Shown here: one piece after another, positions 23,652 to 35,950 of the stretch
Layout: each line of letters starts with the position of its first letter
How positions within the stretch are numbered: position 1 is the stretch's first letter
Assembly (NCBI RefSeq): GCF_036971445.1
Contig: NC_091471.1
Location: 34,410,001-34,474,000, forward strand
Direction: 5' to 3'
From: Narcine bancroftii
Taxonomy: Eukaryota
DNA: 64,000 nt
Program-made: the position numbers and the translations under genes
Notes under the pieces: model-generated
The model's input: only the letters and a program-made list of their open reading frames with translations
The model's database searches: none
What the model was told of the DNA's origin: nothing

Positions 23652-23912
23652 TGTGGTGGTACACCACCGGCCTACTGCAAGGGGCAACCTCTGTACCTGC
23701 AGGAGAATAAAGGGGACAGGACTACACGTGGCCGGCTGTCAATCAGTCGATCTGAATGGATCAAGCCCCACCCGGTCGAGTGTCAATCACCCTCAGGGAT
23801 ATAAGCCTGCGCCGCCCTCCAAAGTCTCTCAGAGTTACTGCAGCTACAGCCAACCTGGCTCTGTGGAAGTCTTCGTGGATTAAAGCCTGTCGTTCAGTCT
23901 TTACCTTGTGTG
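23652..23912 (+). mobile_element. Probable solo LTR, 3'-truncated
   Basis: Starts TGTGGTGG, with TATA-like GATATAAG at about 23799 and poly(A)-like ATTAAA at about 23879. No TSD seen. Confidence 0.55.
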
Positions 23913-24867
23913 AGGAGTCTTTCTTTTGGCCATTTCAGAGCTCTCTTTTCCTCCTGAAACACTGCCATGTCCAGCAGCTGATGTATAAAGATCCAAACCA
24001 CCCAAGGGCTTGCCAGAGTCCAACATCAGGAGGAAGACATCCTCCAAAGCCAAGCGGCCTTTTTCACTTGCATGCCGAGTTGTGCTCTATGAAACTCACG
24101 AGGAATTTCATAAATGCATGCCCATTGGATCGTTGGATCCTGCCAGATTGCACACTCGTTTAAACCAATTGCACTGGAAATGGACTGGGTAAAAAGTTCT
24201 AACCTGTGCAACCAGTTCCACATAAAAATACACACAGAAACCCAGTGAATGCTGTCATTTTGATTGCACCAGCCAAAAGCTGACTTCATTGGCAATTCAC
24301 TAGACCATCCTGTGACAAGTTCAGCTTTCAGCTTTATAACACAAGCCACCTCCACTATAGAGCAATCCATCACCGGGCCGGGCTGCCTCCCATCCATATC
24401 TAAATCTCTCCAGTCTCCCTCGATCCATTGCTCTCTTGCCTTCCTCCCACCCTCTCGTTCAGCTTGTCTGAATGTTTGCTGTCCTCACTCTCTCCCATGT
24501 CAAATCTTGCTTGTCCTTCACCCCTGATCTTCATGGCCTAACTATTTAAATATTAAATATGCTACACAAAGGCAAGTATTTTCTTGTGCTACATTAATAT
24601 TCAAAATGTGCTATCACATTCAGGGGCCTTGGGCAGGAAAGGGTGAGTATAACCCAGCAGTAGGGATTCATCGCCCTGTGGGCCATTAATTCTCCACCAC
24701 CCAACACTGTCTCTGTAAACAAGATCCAGCTTGCACTTGGTCCTAATAGAACCAAAGCATGTCTTTGATCTCTGGATGGGCCATCAGTAGTTTATTTCCA
24801 TATTAATGGGGTTAGAAAAAGTGGGGGGGGGGGGGGGGGTGGGGGGTGGAATCTTGTGTTGAGCTGT

Positions 24868-26006
24868 TGTGACAGATTGTTATATTTTATATTGTATATA
24901 GATATGTTTTAAAGGAGATAAATTGTGGCAAGTTTTTCAGTTTAGGTCACAAACAAACACTTCAAAACAGATCTCATTTAAAATGCTGGAGTTCTGCTCA
25001 AGCCAGAGAGTTCAGGTGCCTTTGCAAAAACTTTGTGACAAAGACTGCCTATAAGGACTTCACAAGTAGGTGTTAATTGGACATAGATTATTGTTTTGGA
25101 AAAAAGCAACAGATGAAGAACTCAGAAGATTAGGTCCGGAGTCACAGTCTGTCTGGAGTGCAGTTGGCTGTTCTAAGAGGGTCATGTGATTTTTTTCTCA
25201 GAGAGAGAGAGAGAGAGAGAGAAGGCTTTTTCAGGTGCATTCTCCACTAAGAATGCGCCTGAAGAAGCAGAAACGACCCTTTAAATTGCAGTTCAGGTGG
25301 CAGCGTTGAAAGCATCTGAGCGCATTCCGGCTCCTCTCTCTTGGGATGTCAATTCAGGGTGGCTGGCTGTAAGCTGGGACAGCCAGCGCGGGCTATCAGC
25401 GCAGGGACATCCCGCGCAGGACATCCCCACGCTGCTCCCACTGCCCCACTCACGAATTCAGTCCCCACATTGTGGGGCGGCCAGCACGGGCTGTCAGCGT
25501 GGGGATGTCCCATGTGGGAGGTCCCCACACTGATCCCGCTGCCCCACTCTCTCCCCATTCACGGGGGTGGAGTGGCCGGCGGGGGAGGAGGCTGGCGCAC
25601 CAGCGGGGGGAGAAGGAGGCTGGAGCACTGAGCAACAAATCTCTCTCGGAAAACCAACAAGAACTTTCCTGAGCAGTACCATTTACCTTTCAAGCATCAA
25701 AGCCTGGTGAACTTCATAAATGTTAAATTCTGTGCACAGTATAAGAATTGCCTGATACCAGTGAACTTGGAGGAATGAGAAGTGAGATGGATCTGTGAAT
25801 CAAAGAATTTTTTTTTAACCTATATACACATTACATACACGTGCACTTACAATTAGAAGGGGGTTAAGTTAGGTTAAGTTAATAGTAATAAGTTTGATCC
25901 TGTTTTCATGTTTAAAGATAATTGAACGTAACTTTTGTTTAAGTAACCATTTGTCTTCGTGAATTTCTATTGCTGCTGGGTTTTGGGGTCCTCTGGGCTC
26001 ATAACA
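24868..26006. mobile_element. Solo LTR (TG...CA) with 4-bp TSD, containing a GC-rich insertion (about 25225-25640)
   Basis: TGTGACA...ATAACA termini. TSD CTGT at 24864-24867 and 26007-26010. Confidence 0.8.
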
Positions 26007-26289
26007 CTGTGTTCTGTGCTGTGTACTTAATATGAATGTTGTGGGATTTGTTGCATGAGAGAATTTTAAAAATGCACCACTTAATTCAGATATAGATCAG
26101 TGTTTAGAAGTACCACAGCAGCATCCAGTGATCTGACAGTACTAGCCTCTTTACCCAATTTCCTTTTATCTTGCTCTCCTGAAGGCACTGGGCTGCATTG
26201 ATGTTGACATTTCCTGCCTTGCCCCTTCTGTATCCAGAGACGGAAAATTAGGTCTTTAATGAATGTATATTCCCAATAATCCTTGAACG

Positions 26290-26805
26290 ATTGGCTCTTT
26301 GTGTGGAAAGTACACTGACTGATTGCAGCACAGTCTAGTTTGGGAATTCGAGAACACAGAAGGCTACAGAAGCCAAGACCCTCACAGGTTCTGACCTCCC
26401 ATTCTCAAAAAGGCAGCCAACATCTTTAAGGATCTCCATCACTCTGGTCACAACTTCTTCTCACTGCTACACTCAGGAAAAGATACAGAAGCCTGAAGTC
26501 CAATACCTACCTCTAGGTTCAACAACAGTTTTTATCCAACAGCTATCAAACTCTTGAACATTCCCTTACTATCTTAACTATTTGGCCCCACAAAAAGACC
26601 CGTCTGCAATAATGAAACATTTTTTTCTTGCACTGACAGTATCTGAGAATATTTATAATCTATCTCTATTATCTCTTTCCATATTGGGGTAATTTAATGT
26701 CAAACTTTGCAGTTTTTTTTAACAAAATTACCTGTTTGGCTGCAGCAAGTAAGAATTTTGGTGCACATGCACTTTGCACTTGTGCGGATGGCAATTAATT
26801 CATTG
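26290..26805 (+). mobile_element. Rex1/Babar LINE 3' fragment
   Basis: KKAANIFKDLHHSGHNFFSLLHSGKRYRSLK-like motif, followed by the 3' UTR. Confidence 0.8.
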
Positions 26806-26913
26806 TCACTATCAAGGGAGGGGCACTTAGGGTGAGAGTCTAACAGAAGAGCAATGAGAGAGTGGTGAGATCGAGGGGTGGTGACAGAAAGGGATCAAAG
26901 AAGAGAGTGTGGA

Positions 26914-27723
26914 NNNNNNNNNNNNNNNNNNNNNNNNNNNNNNNNNNNNNNNNNNNNNNNNNNNNNNNNNNNNNNNNNNNNNNNNNNNNNNNNNNNNNNN
27001 NNNNNNNNNNNNNNNNNNNNNNNNNNNNNNNNNNNNNNNNNGCATGTGAGAGAGATCAGAATATATGTGTGTGCGTGTGCATGTGAGACGAGAATGTGTA
27101 TGTGTGTGCTTGNNNNNNNNNNNNNNNNNNNNNNNNNNNNNNNNNNNNNNNNNNNNNNNNNNNNNNNNNNNNNNNNNNNNNNNNNNNNNNNNNNNNNNNN
27201 NNNNNNNNNNNNNNNNNNNNNNNNNNNNNNNNNNNNNNNNNNNNNNNNNNNNNNNNNNNNNNNNNNNNNNNNNNNNNNNNNNNNNNNNNNNNNNNNNNNN
27301 NNNNNNNNNNNNNNNNNNNNNNNNNNNNNNNNNNNNNNNNNNNNNNNNNNNNNNNNNNNNNNNNNNNNNNNNNNNNNNNNNNNNNNNNNNNNNNNNNNNN
27401 NNNNNNNNNNNNTGNNNNNNNNNNNNNNNNNNNNNNNNNNNNNNNNNNNNNNNNNNNNNNNNNNNNNNNNNNNNNNNNNNNNNNNNNNNNNNNNNNNNNN
27501 NNNNNNNNNNNNNNNNNNNNNNNNNNNNNNNNNNNNNNNNNNNNNNNNNNNNNNNNNNNNNNNNNNNNNNNNNNNNNNNNNNNNNNNNNNNNNNNNNNNN
27601 NNNNNNNNNNNNNNNNNNNNNNNNNNNNNNNNNNNNNNNNNNNNNNNNNNNNNNNNNNNNNNNNNNNNNNNNNNNNNNNNNNNNNNNNNNNNNNNNNNNN
27701 NNNNNNNNNNNNNNNNNNNNNNN
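26914..27723. other. N runs (26914-27041 and 27113-27723) in a GT/GA-repeat region
   Basis: Seen directly. An isolated TG at 27413-27414 sits inside the Ns. Confidence 0.95.
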
Positions 27724-28206
27724 CTGTGCTAAATCAGAATGTTTGCAGAGAAACACCAAAACTGCAGATGCTGGAATCCTGATGGACACAATGAGAAGCT
27801 GGAGGGATTCTTCTGGACACGCGGCATCCCTGGAGAGAAATGTTTTGTCAATGTTTATTGGGATAAAAAAGTGCAGTGGGGTTAGAGGTAACAGAGTATG
27901 GAACAGAAAGTGGGAGAGGTGGAATAAAGGAGACAGAGGGAGGTAGGGAAGGGTTAGAAAAAGAAAGAGGAAGAATAGGGTAAATAAAGATGAGGTGTAA
28001 ATAGTGGAGCCAGATCAAGGTGGAGGCGACCTAATTTTAGAACCATTGAACAATTAGAGCACAGAAACAGGCCGCCTCGCCCCCTCTAGTCTGTAACAAA
28101 CCATATTTTTTCCTAGTCCCACTGACCTGCACCCCAGCCCATTGCCCTCTATACCTCTCCTGTCCATGCATCTGACCAAATTTTTCTTGAATCTTAAAAT
28201 TGAGCA

Positions 28207-28547
28207 TGGAGCAGCCCGGGCCCACTCCACAGGCCGATACGCAAACTGTTGTCGAACACGACGATCAGGCAGACAGCATGGGGGATGAGACGCCTGCTCC
28301 TATACACCACTAGTAGTTGAATCAGCCAATCACAGCCAGCAGATCTCAATGGGTCCAGTCCGGGCCCGCACATCCAAGACAGCCATTCAGCAGCTGGCCT
28401 CACTCAAGCCACGCCCCAGTGGTGACATGGCCAGCTACCTATAAAAGGCAAAGCTCCAGCCCAATAAAGTCATGTCGATTACATTCCCTTGGTGTGCGAG
28501 GCTTCTTCCTACCTCGAGCTATAACCGACCGTAGTGACCGTGCTATA
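28207..28547 (+). mobile_element. Solo LTR inserted in CR1
   Basis: TGGAGC...GCTATA termini (degenerate TGTAGC/GCTACA), CCAAT at about 28326, TATAAAA at 28440, AATAAA at 28463. TSD AGCA/AGCC. Confidence 0.8.
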
Positions 28548-30835
28548 AGCCCACATTCACCACTTCAGCTGGAAGCTGGTTCCATACTCCCACCCCTCTC
28601 TGTATGAAGAAGTTCCCCCTCATGTTCCCCCTAAACCTCTCCCCTTTTCACCCTTTACCCATGACCTCTGGTTTGTATCTCACCTACCTTCAGTGGAAAA
28701 TGCCTTTCTATATTTACTCTGTCTATCCCCCCCACCATAATTTAAATACCTCTAGATCAAATCTTCCCTCATTCTCCTACGTTCCAGGGATTAAATTCCT
28801 AACCTGTTTAAACTTTCCCTGTAACTCAATTACTAAGGACCGGGTAACATGCTAATAAATCTTCTCTGCAGTCTTTCCCTCTTATTGATATCTTTCCTGT
28901 AGTTAGGAGAACAAAACTGCACACAATATTCCAAATTTGGCCGCACCAATGTTTTATACAACTTTAGCATAATATCCCAACTCCTAAACTCAATAATTTG
29001 ATTTACAAAGGCCAATATGCAAAAGCTCTTTTTACAACCTTGTGATGCCACTTTCAGGGAATTATGTATCTGCATTCCCAGATCCACCTGTTCTATCACA
29101 CTCCTTAACAAAGTACTGTTTACCATGTACGTCCTTTCTTGGTTTGTCCTTCCAAAATACAACACTGCACACTTGTCTGCATTAAACTCCATCTGCCATT
29201 TTTCAGTCCATTTTTCCAGCTGGTCCAGATCTCTCTGCAATCTTTGAAAACCTTCTTCACTGTCCACAACACCTCCAATCTTAGTGTCAGCTACAAACTT
29301 GCTGATCCAATTTACTACATTATCATCCAGATCATAGGCGACGAGCAACAATGGTCCCAGTACTGATCCCTGAGGCACACCACTAGTCACAGGCCTCCAG
29401 TCTGAGAAGCAACCATCCACTGCCACTCTCTGGCTGGCTCTCCCATCCAGCCATCATCGAATCCAGTTCACTACTTCACCATGAATACCCAGCATTTGAA
29501 CTTTCCTGACTAACCTCCCATACGAGACCTTGTCAAAGGCCTCACTAAAGTCCACGTAGACAACATCCACAGCCTTTCGCCAATTTTCCAGTAACCTCCT
29601 CGAAAAATTCTACAAAATTGGTTAAACACGACCTATCACGCTCATACCATGTTGGCTATCTCTAATCAGTTCCTGGATATTCAAATAATTGTATAATCGA
29701 TCACATAGAACATTTTCCAATAATTTACCTGATGTCAGACTCACGGGCCTATAATTTCCAGTGTTACTTTTGGAGCTTTTTATTTAAACATCAGAACAAC
29801 AAAAGCTACCTTCCAATCCTCTGGTGCGACACCCATTTTAAATATTTCTGACCGAACCCCTGCAATTTCTACACTTACCTCCCTCAAGGCCCAAGGGAAT
29901 ATCTTGTGAATTTATCCATCCTTATTTGCTTCAAGACAGCAAGCACTTCCTCCTCTTTAATCTGTACAGGTTCCATGAACGTTGCTTGTTTTACTTACCA
30001 TTCTTCCCATTACTCTGTGCCCATTTCCTGAGTGAACACTGAAGAAAAACACTGAAAAAAAAAACATTTAAGATCGCCCCATCCCTTTTGGCTTTATACA
30101 AAGTCAAGCACTCTGATTTTCAATGGGACCAATTTTGTCCCTTACATCTTTTTGCTCTTAATATTCCTGTAGAAACCCTTAGGTATTTCTTTCACATTGT
30201 CTGCCAAAGCAACCTCATGTCTTCTTTAAGCCTTTCTGATTTCTTTCTTGAGGTTTATCTTGCATTTTTTATACTCCTCGTGTACCTCATTTGCTCCATG
30301 TTGCCAATACCTGTTATACACCTCTCTCTTCTTCCAAACCAGATCCCCAATTCCCTATGCCTGCTAACGTTGGCTTTGATCCTAACAGGAACATACAAAC
30401 TCTGTACTCTCAAAATTTCACCTTCGAAGATCTTCCACTTATCTCACACTTGCCTCCTTACCCAAAAAAAAACATCCCAATCCACGCATTCTAGATCCTT
30501 TCTCATTTCCTCAAAATTGGCCTTTCTCCAATTTAGAATCTGATGCACAATCCGTTACACAAAGACTGAAAGTTGCCAAAACTGAAGGCTTTTACTTGCA
30601 AGAGATGGACAGCATCCCTGTGTTGGTCACTCACACTGATCCAGATTTGAACTGGAGGCAGGCTTGTGGCATGACAGCCTTTATGGGGAAGAAAGGGGAG
30701 GAGTCATGAGCTGGCCAGTGAGAGCAGGGTCAACCAGGAAAGGTCAAGTTATTTATATATAACGAATATGTTCAATAGTAGTTTCACCACATTCATCCCC
30801 TCTTTTAAAAGAAAGTCTTGGGGTGTGTGGTGTGA

Positions 30836-33760
30836 TCATAATTTCAGTCTGTCCAGCAGTCTTCTTTGGCATTGTGACCAGTGAGTCCCCATCCGGGGGT
30901 TCATAGCAGAATCCGTCAATATCAGCTGATCCATCCCATTTGGCCTGGCAGGGGTACTTGGCTGGGCCGGGGGATTGGGGGTGTGTGTATCGACTGTCAG
31001 GTTGGTAGAGGTGCTGGGGTTTGGGAAATTGGGCCCTGGAGAGCTACAGCTGGGCGTACCTGTCAACTGGTTGGGTTGTGGTCCAGATGCTCTCGTGTGT
31101 GCCAGGTCCCAGATAGATACCATGTCCTCGCACTATCCGGTGGGTACTATGGGTTCGCATGGAGCAGCTGGACCCTCTCGACCAGAGGGTTGGACTTGTG
31201 TGTCCTTACGTGCCTATGGAGTTGGACTGGCCCAGGGAACATCAGCCAAGTAGGTAAGGTGATTCCCAACGCCAATCTCCTGGGGAATATAAACAGTCTT
31301 TTATGAAGTGTCTCATTGGTGGCCGTACATAGTAGGGATTGGATAGCATGGAGTGCCTCTGGGAGGATCTCTTGCCAGTGGGAAAATGGAAGGACCTTGG
31401 ACTTTAAGACCAGTAGTACTCCCTTCCAGACCATCCTGTTCTCCGCTCCACCTGGCCATTCCCTTTGGGGTTATTGCTGGTGGTTTGGGTAGAGGCGATG
31501 CCCTTGGACAGCAAATACTGATGCAGTTCGTTGCTCATGAAGGACGAACCCCTGTCGCTGAGGATGTAGCAGGGGTATCCGAAAATGGTGAACAGATTGT
31601 TCAGAGCCTTTTGATGGTAGCTGCAGTCATGTCCTGGCAGGGGATGGCAAAGGGGAACCGCGAGTATTCATTGATGATGTTGATGAAATACACATTGCAA
31701 TTCGTGGAGGGTAGGGGTCCTTTGAAATCCATGCTTAGATGTTCAAAAGGATAAGTGGCCTTGATCAGGTGTGACCGGTCGGACTAGTAGAAGCACGGAT
31801 TGCACTCCACACAGACCCAGCAATTTTTGGTCAGTATCCTGATGTCCTCGATGGAGTAGGGAGGATTACAGGCTTTTATGAAGTGAAAAAAATGGGTGAT
31901 CCCAGGATGGTAGAGGTCATCGTGCAGTGTCTGCAGTCAGTCCATCTGCGCACTGCTGCAAGTCCCCTGAGAAAGGGCACCCGAGGGCTCGTTGAGCTTT
32001 CTGGGCTGGTACTGTATGTTGTAATTATAGATGGAGAGCTCGATTCGCCACCTCAGAATTTGATCATTTTTGATTTTTCCCCACTGCTGATTATTAAACA
32101 TAGAGGCGACTGCCTGTTGGTCAGTCAGCAGGGTAAAATGCTGCCGGCGAGGTAATGTCTCCAGTGCCGTACTGCTTCAACGATAGCCTGAGCCTCTTTC
32201 TCGATGGAAGAGTGTTGGATCTCTAGGCCCTGGAGGGTGTACGAAAAAATGCTACGGGCCTGCCCATCTGGTTAAGTGTGGTGGCCTGGGCAAAGTCTGA
32301 TGCATCACTCTCTACCTGGAATGGGATGGATTCATCCACTGCATGCATCATGGCCTTTGCAATGTCGGCTTTGATCCATTTGAATGCCTCATGGGTTTCT
32401 GCGACAGGGGAAAATGGTGGCCCTGATGAGGAATCAGGCCTTCTCCGTATAGCTGGGGACCCATTGAGTATAATAAGAGAAAAAGCCTAGGCACCTTTTC
32501 AAGTCATGGGTGAGATTGGTGAATAGGAGTGGGAGAGAGATCGGGAGTGTGGAGAGACCACATGTCTGAGGCAGTGGGAGAGTGGGAGTTCTAGCAGGGT
32601 TGCATGTGGTCGGGGTCAGGGCTGATGACTCCATTCTCCACAATGCAGCCTATTTTAGCCAAGCGGCATGTGCCGAAGACACATTTCCATTGTGTTATAT
32701 GTCAAATTGAGGCATTTCACGGTGTGGAGGAATTTCTGGAGGTTTCTATCATGGTCCTGCTGATCATGGCTGAAGATGATGACATTGTCGAGGTATGGGA
32801 AAGTGTCCTGCAGCCCGTGTTTGTCCACCATCCGATCCATCTCCCTTTGAAAGACCAAGTCTCCATTCGTGACTCCAAAAGGGACCCTCAGGAAATGGTA
32901 AAGCCCACCATCTGTCTCAAAGGTGATATACTGGTGGTCTTTGGGGTGAATGGAGAGCTGGAGGTATGCAGACTTAAGGTCTGTGGTGGAGAACACCCTG
33001 TATTGTGCAATCTGGTTCACCATGTTGGCTATGCGGGGCAGAGGGTATGCATCTAGCCGGGTGAGCCTATTGATGGTCTGGGATAAATTGATGACCATCC
33101 GATGTTTCTCCCCACTCTTCATCACCACTACCTGGGCTCTCCACGAGTTCGTACTCTGTTCTATCACCCCCTCAGCGAGGAGGCGTCTCACCTCTGATTT
33201 AATAAATGCCCTGTCTCCGACGCTACATCTCCAACTTTTAGTGGCAATGGGCTTACAGTCATGGGTGAGATTGGTGAATAGGGGTGGGAGAGAGATCGGG
33301 AGTGTGGAGAGACCACATGTCAGATGCAGTGATTGGGTTTGGGGCTGCTGGTCGGTCACCTGGTGAGGGTGGGGAGGGGGCGGTTTAAAAACTGCTCATT
33401 GCAGACCATAAGAGGAGGTGGGGCCCGTCGTACTCTATGGTGACGCTCTTCAAGTTGCACTGGAAGTCTAACCCAAGTAGGATGGGTGCACAGAGCTGCG
33501 GTAATATGAAGAAGGTAAAGTCACGAGATACCATGCCTCGGACAGTCAGTGTTACTGTGCATCTGCCACGTATCTTTGCTGAGTGGCATTTGGACTCCAT
33601 GGTGGCTCGCAGGCTTCACTCTAAGGGAGTAGTGCTGTGCAATGTCTGGGTGAATGAAGCTTCAGTGCTTTCACTGTCAAATAGGCAAGCAGTGGGGTGG
33701 CCATTTACCTGTATGTCCATCATGGACCTGGAGGAGAGTTGATTGGGTCTGTCCTGATCC
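30836..33760 (-). pseudogene. Gypsy pol (protease, RT, RNase H, integrase), disrupted
   Basis: Protease CLFDSES and ILLGLDF. RT LDAYPLPRI, DLKSAYLQ, VPFGVTN and YLDN. RNase H ESDAS. Integrase WQEILPEALHAIQSLLCTATNET and VERVQLLHANP. Confidence 0.9.
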
Positions 33761-33951
33761 AGGGTTAGCGATGCCAGTGTCAGCTCGTCGTCTGAGGAGT
33801 TCCATTGGCTGCCGGTGGTCCAATAAAATGGCGCCCGAGATAGTGGCATTCACCGGAAGAGAAAGGGTGGAAGGCGGAAGTGATGTCATTGCGGACAGCG
33901 GTCTCCATGGTGACTGTCTACAACCATTCTAGGTCCCCAGAAGTGACTGCA

Positions 33952-34703
33952 TCAAAGCATCGAAGATGGCTGCCCCCGCTCATATTCAGTGCTGCTGGAA
34001 CTCTGGATTTGTTTGAACTTACAGACCTTCGCAAACTGTTCTTTCTTCCCGCAGATGGAGTAGACGGTGTCCCTGGCAGGACAGCGTTTCCTCAGGTGCT
34101 TAGCCTGCCCGCAGAAGTAGCACATCGGGTGGTTGCTAACGGCAGTGGTAGCCAGCTCAGGATGGGAGTAGGCTTGCGATCCCACCTCCCAAGATGACTG
34201 CCCCTGTGTTCCCCACGAGATGGCCGGGTGTTTGCTGAAGAACGATTCGGCCTTGTGGATGGCTACCTCTAGTGTGTTCGCCAGTTCGATGGTTTGAGGT
34301 AGGCTCAGTTGTCTCTGTTCTTGTACCCTCTGCCCCACGTAGACAGATCGGATGCCTGTTACGCAGGCATCTCTGATCAGCTGCTGTGTGTGCTGTTCTG
34401 CACTCACAACCTGGCAGTTGCAGTCCCTTGCAAGTTCCTGCAGAGCCCTGACAAAGTAATTGAAGGTTTCCCCCGGATACTGGCTGTGTGAGTGGAGTAC
34501 ATGCCATGCGTAGACCTCGTTCACCTGGACTTTATACTTGTCCTTCACAGTGTCCATTGCGGCTCCTCATGTCTCGCAGTTCCGGACTATGTGGAGGTTG
34601 TGAGGAATTTTTTGAAACAGTGGTGCCAGAGCCCGAATTTATCAGCTGCCTTGGGTTCTCTTGGGTTGATTTCCAGGTGATCCAACTTCATGTACTTGTC
34701 CAT
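33952..34703 (-). pseudogene. Gypsy gag (frameshifted)
   Basis: Starts MDKYMKLDHLEINP. Contains QYPGETFNYFVRALQELARDCNC and the zinc knuckle CYFCGQAKHLRKRC. Confidence 0.88.
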
Positions 34704-35759
34704 GTTCCTAAAAAAAATCTTGCAAATAAAATTGATGCACGATCAATTACACAATCAATGCCAAAACTGAAGCCTTTTATGTCCAAGGGATGGGCAGCAT
34801 CCCTGTGTTGGTCACTCACACTGACCCAGACTCTAACTGGGGACAGGGTTGGGCATGACAGCCTTTATGGGAAAGAAAGGGGAGGAGTAATGAGCCAGCC
34901 AGTGAGAGCAGGGTCAACCAGGAAAGGTCATGTTATTTATATATAACGAATATGTTCAATGGTGGTTTCACAACAGAAATTCAACCCAAAGTCCATACCT
35001 ATCCTTTTCCATAATTAACTTGAAACTAATGTTCCCCTCCAAATGTTTTTCTGTCACCTGTCCTGTCTCGTTCTCTGATATGAGACCCAGTATTGCATTC
35101 TCTCCAGTTGGTACCTCTATATATTGATGTAGAAAACTTTCCTGAACACATTTGATAAACTCCAAGCCATCTTACAGTATGGGAATCCCAGTCAATATGT
35201 GGAAAGTTAAAATCCCCTACTATCACAACTTTGTTTCCTGCAATTATCTGCATTCTCTCTGCAGATTTGCTCCTCTATTGGACAGTCTATAATGTAACCC
35301 CATGAGTGTGGTCATACCTTTTCCGTTACTCAGCTTCACTTATATAGTATCAGTAGACAAGTCCTGCCTAAGCACAGCTGTGATAGTTTCCCTGAAGAGC
35401 AATGCTGCTCTTCCCCCTTTCACTCCCCCTCCCCCCACCCCACCCTGTCCTATTGCGTCTAAAACAACGGAAGAAGAGAAGAATAGCTGTTTAGGCTATT
35501 TCAGATAGCCCAAAAGTTGAGATGTAAAGGGGAGAAACTCCGCCAAAATGCATAATCACCTACCATTCTGAATGTGCGGAGGCAGTCTCCAAGCCACATA
35601 TTCCATCCTCTCTCCAAGAGGGATCATCTCCACAGCGCAGCCCTCTGCCAATCAATCATAATGTACAGCTGCACTAACTGGCTATTTAGGAGCAGGTTGA
35701 TGATGCCATCTGTCTGCGACCCATCTCCACACTCACTCCTCTCCATCCAAGTCAGGGGC

Positions 35760-35950
35760 GATGGGGCACCGGGAGGCCTCGGGGCAGTCAGGGCAACAGG
35801 AACTGTCAGCGGAGTCCATTAGGGCAGCGGGTATTGTCAGGGCAGCAGGAGCTGGTGGGGAGAGTCAGGACAGTGGGGACCAGTGGGGCAGAAGGGACTG
35901 GCAGGGCAGTGGGGACCAGTGGGGCAGCAGGAGCTGTCAGGGGGAAGCCA
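35760..35950 (+). repeat. Degenerate G-rich tandem repeat (GGGCAGCAGGAGCTGTCAG / CAGTGGGGACCAGTGGGGCAG)
   Basis: Motifs recur 3-5 times with variation. Confidence 0.65.

Larger units (their letters stand above)
30541..34975 (-). mobile_element. Ty3/Gypsy LTR retrotransposon, full structure but decayed
   Basis: LTRs at 30541-30791 and 34733-34975. Polypurine tract AAAAGAGGGGATGAA on the minus strand next to the 3' LTR. Domain order gag-PR-RT-RNaseH-IN, with no env. Confidence 0.95.
28035..35470 (-). mobile_element. Long CR1 LINE (endonuclease to 3' tail) interrupted by a solo LTR and a Gypsy element
   Basis: RT motifs VTSGVPQGSVLGPLL, ISKFVADTK and LVRPNLEYCVQF (28833-29426). Endonuclease motif VVIVGDFNFPHIDW (about 35190-35230). 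Tail at about 28040. Confidence 0.92.

Noticed and set aside
26827-27946. Long ORFs full of X (also 4343-4733)
   Set aside because: They run through N tracts.
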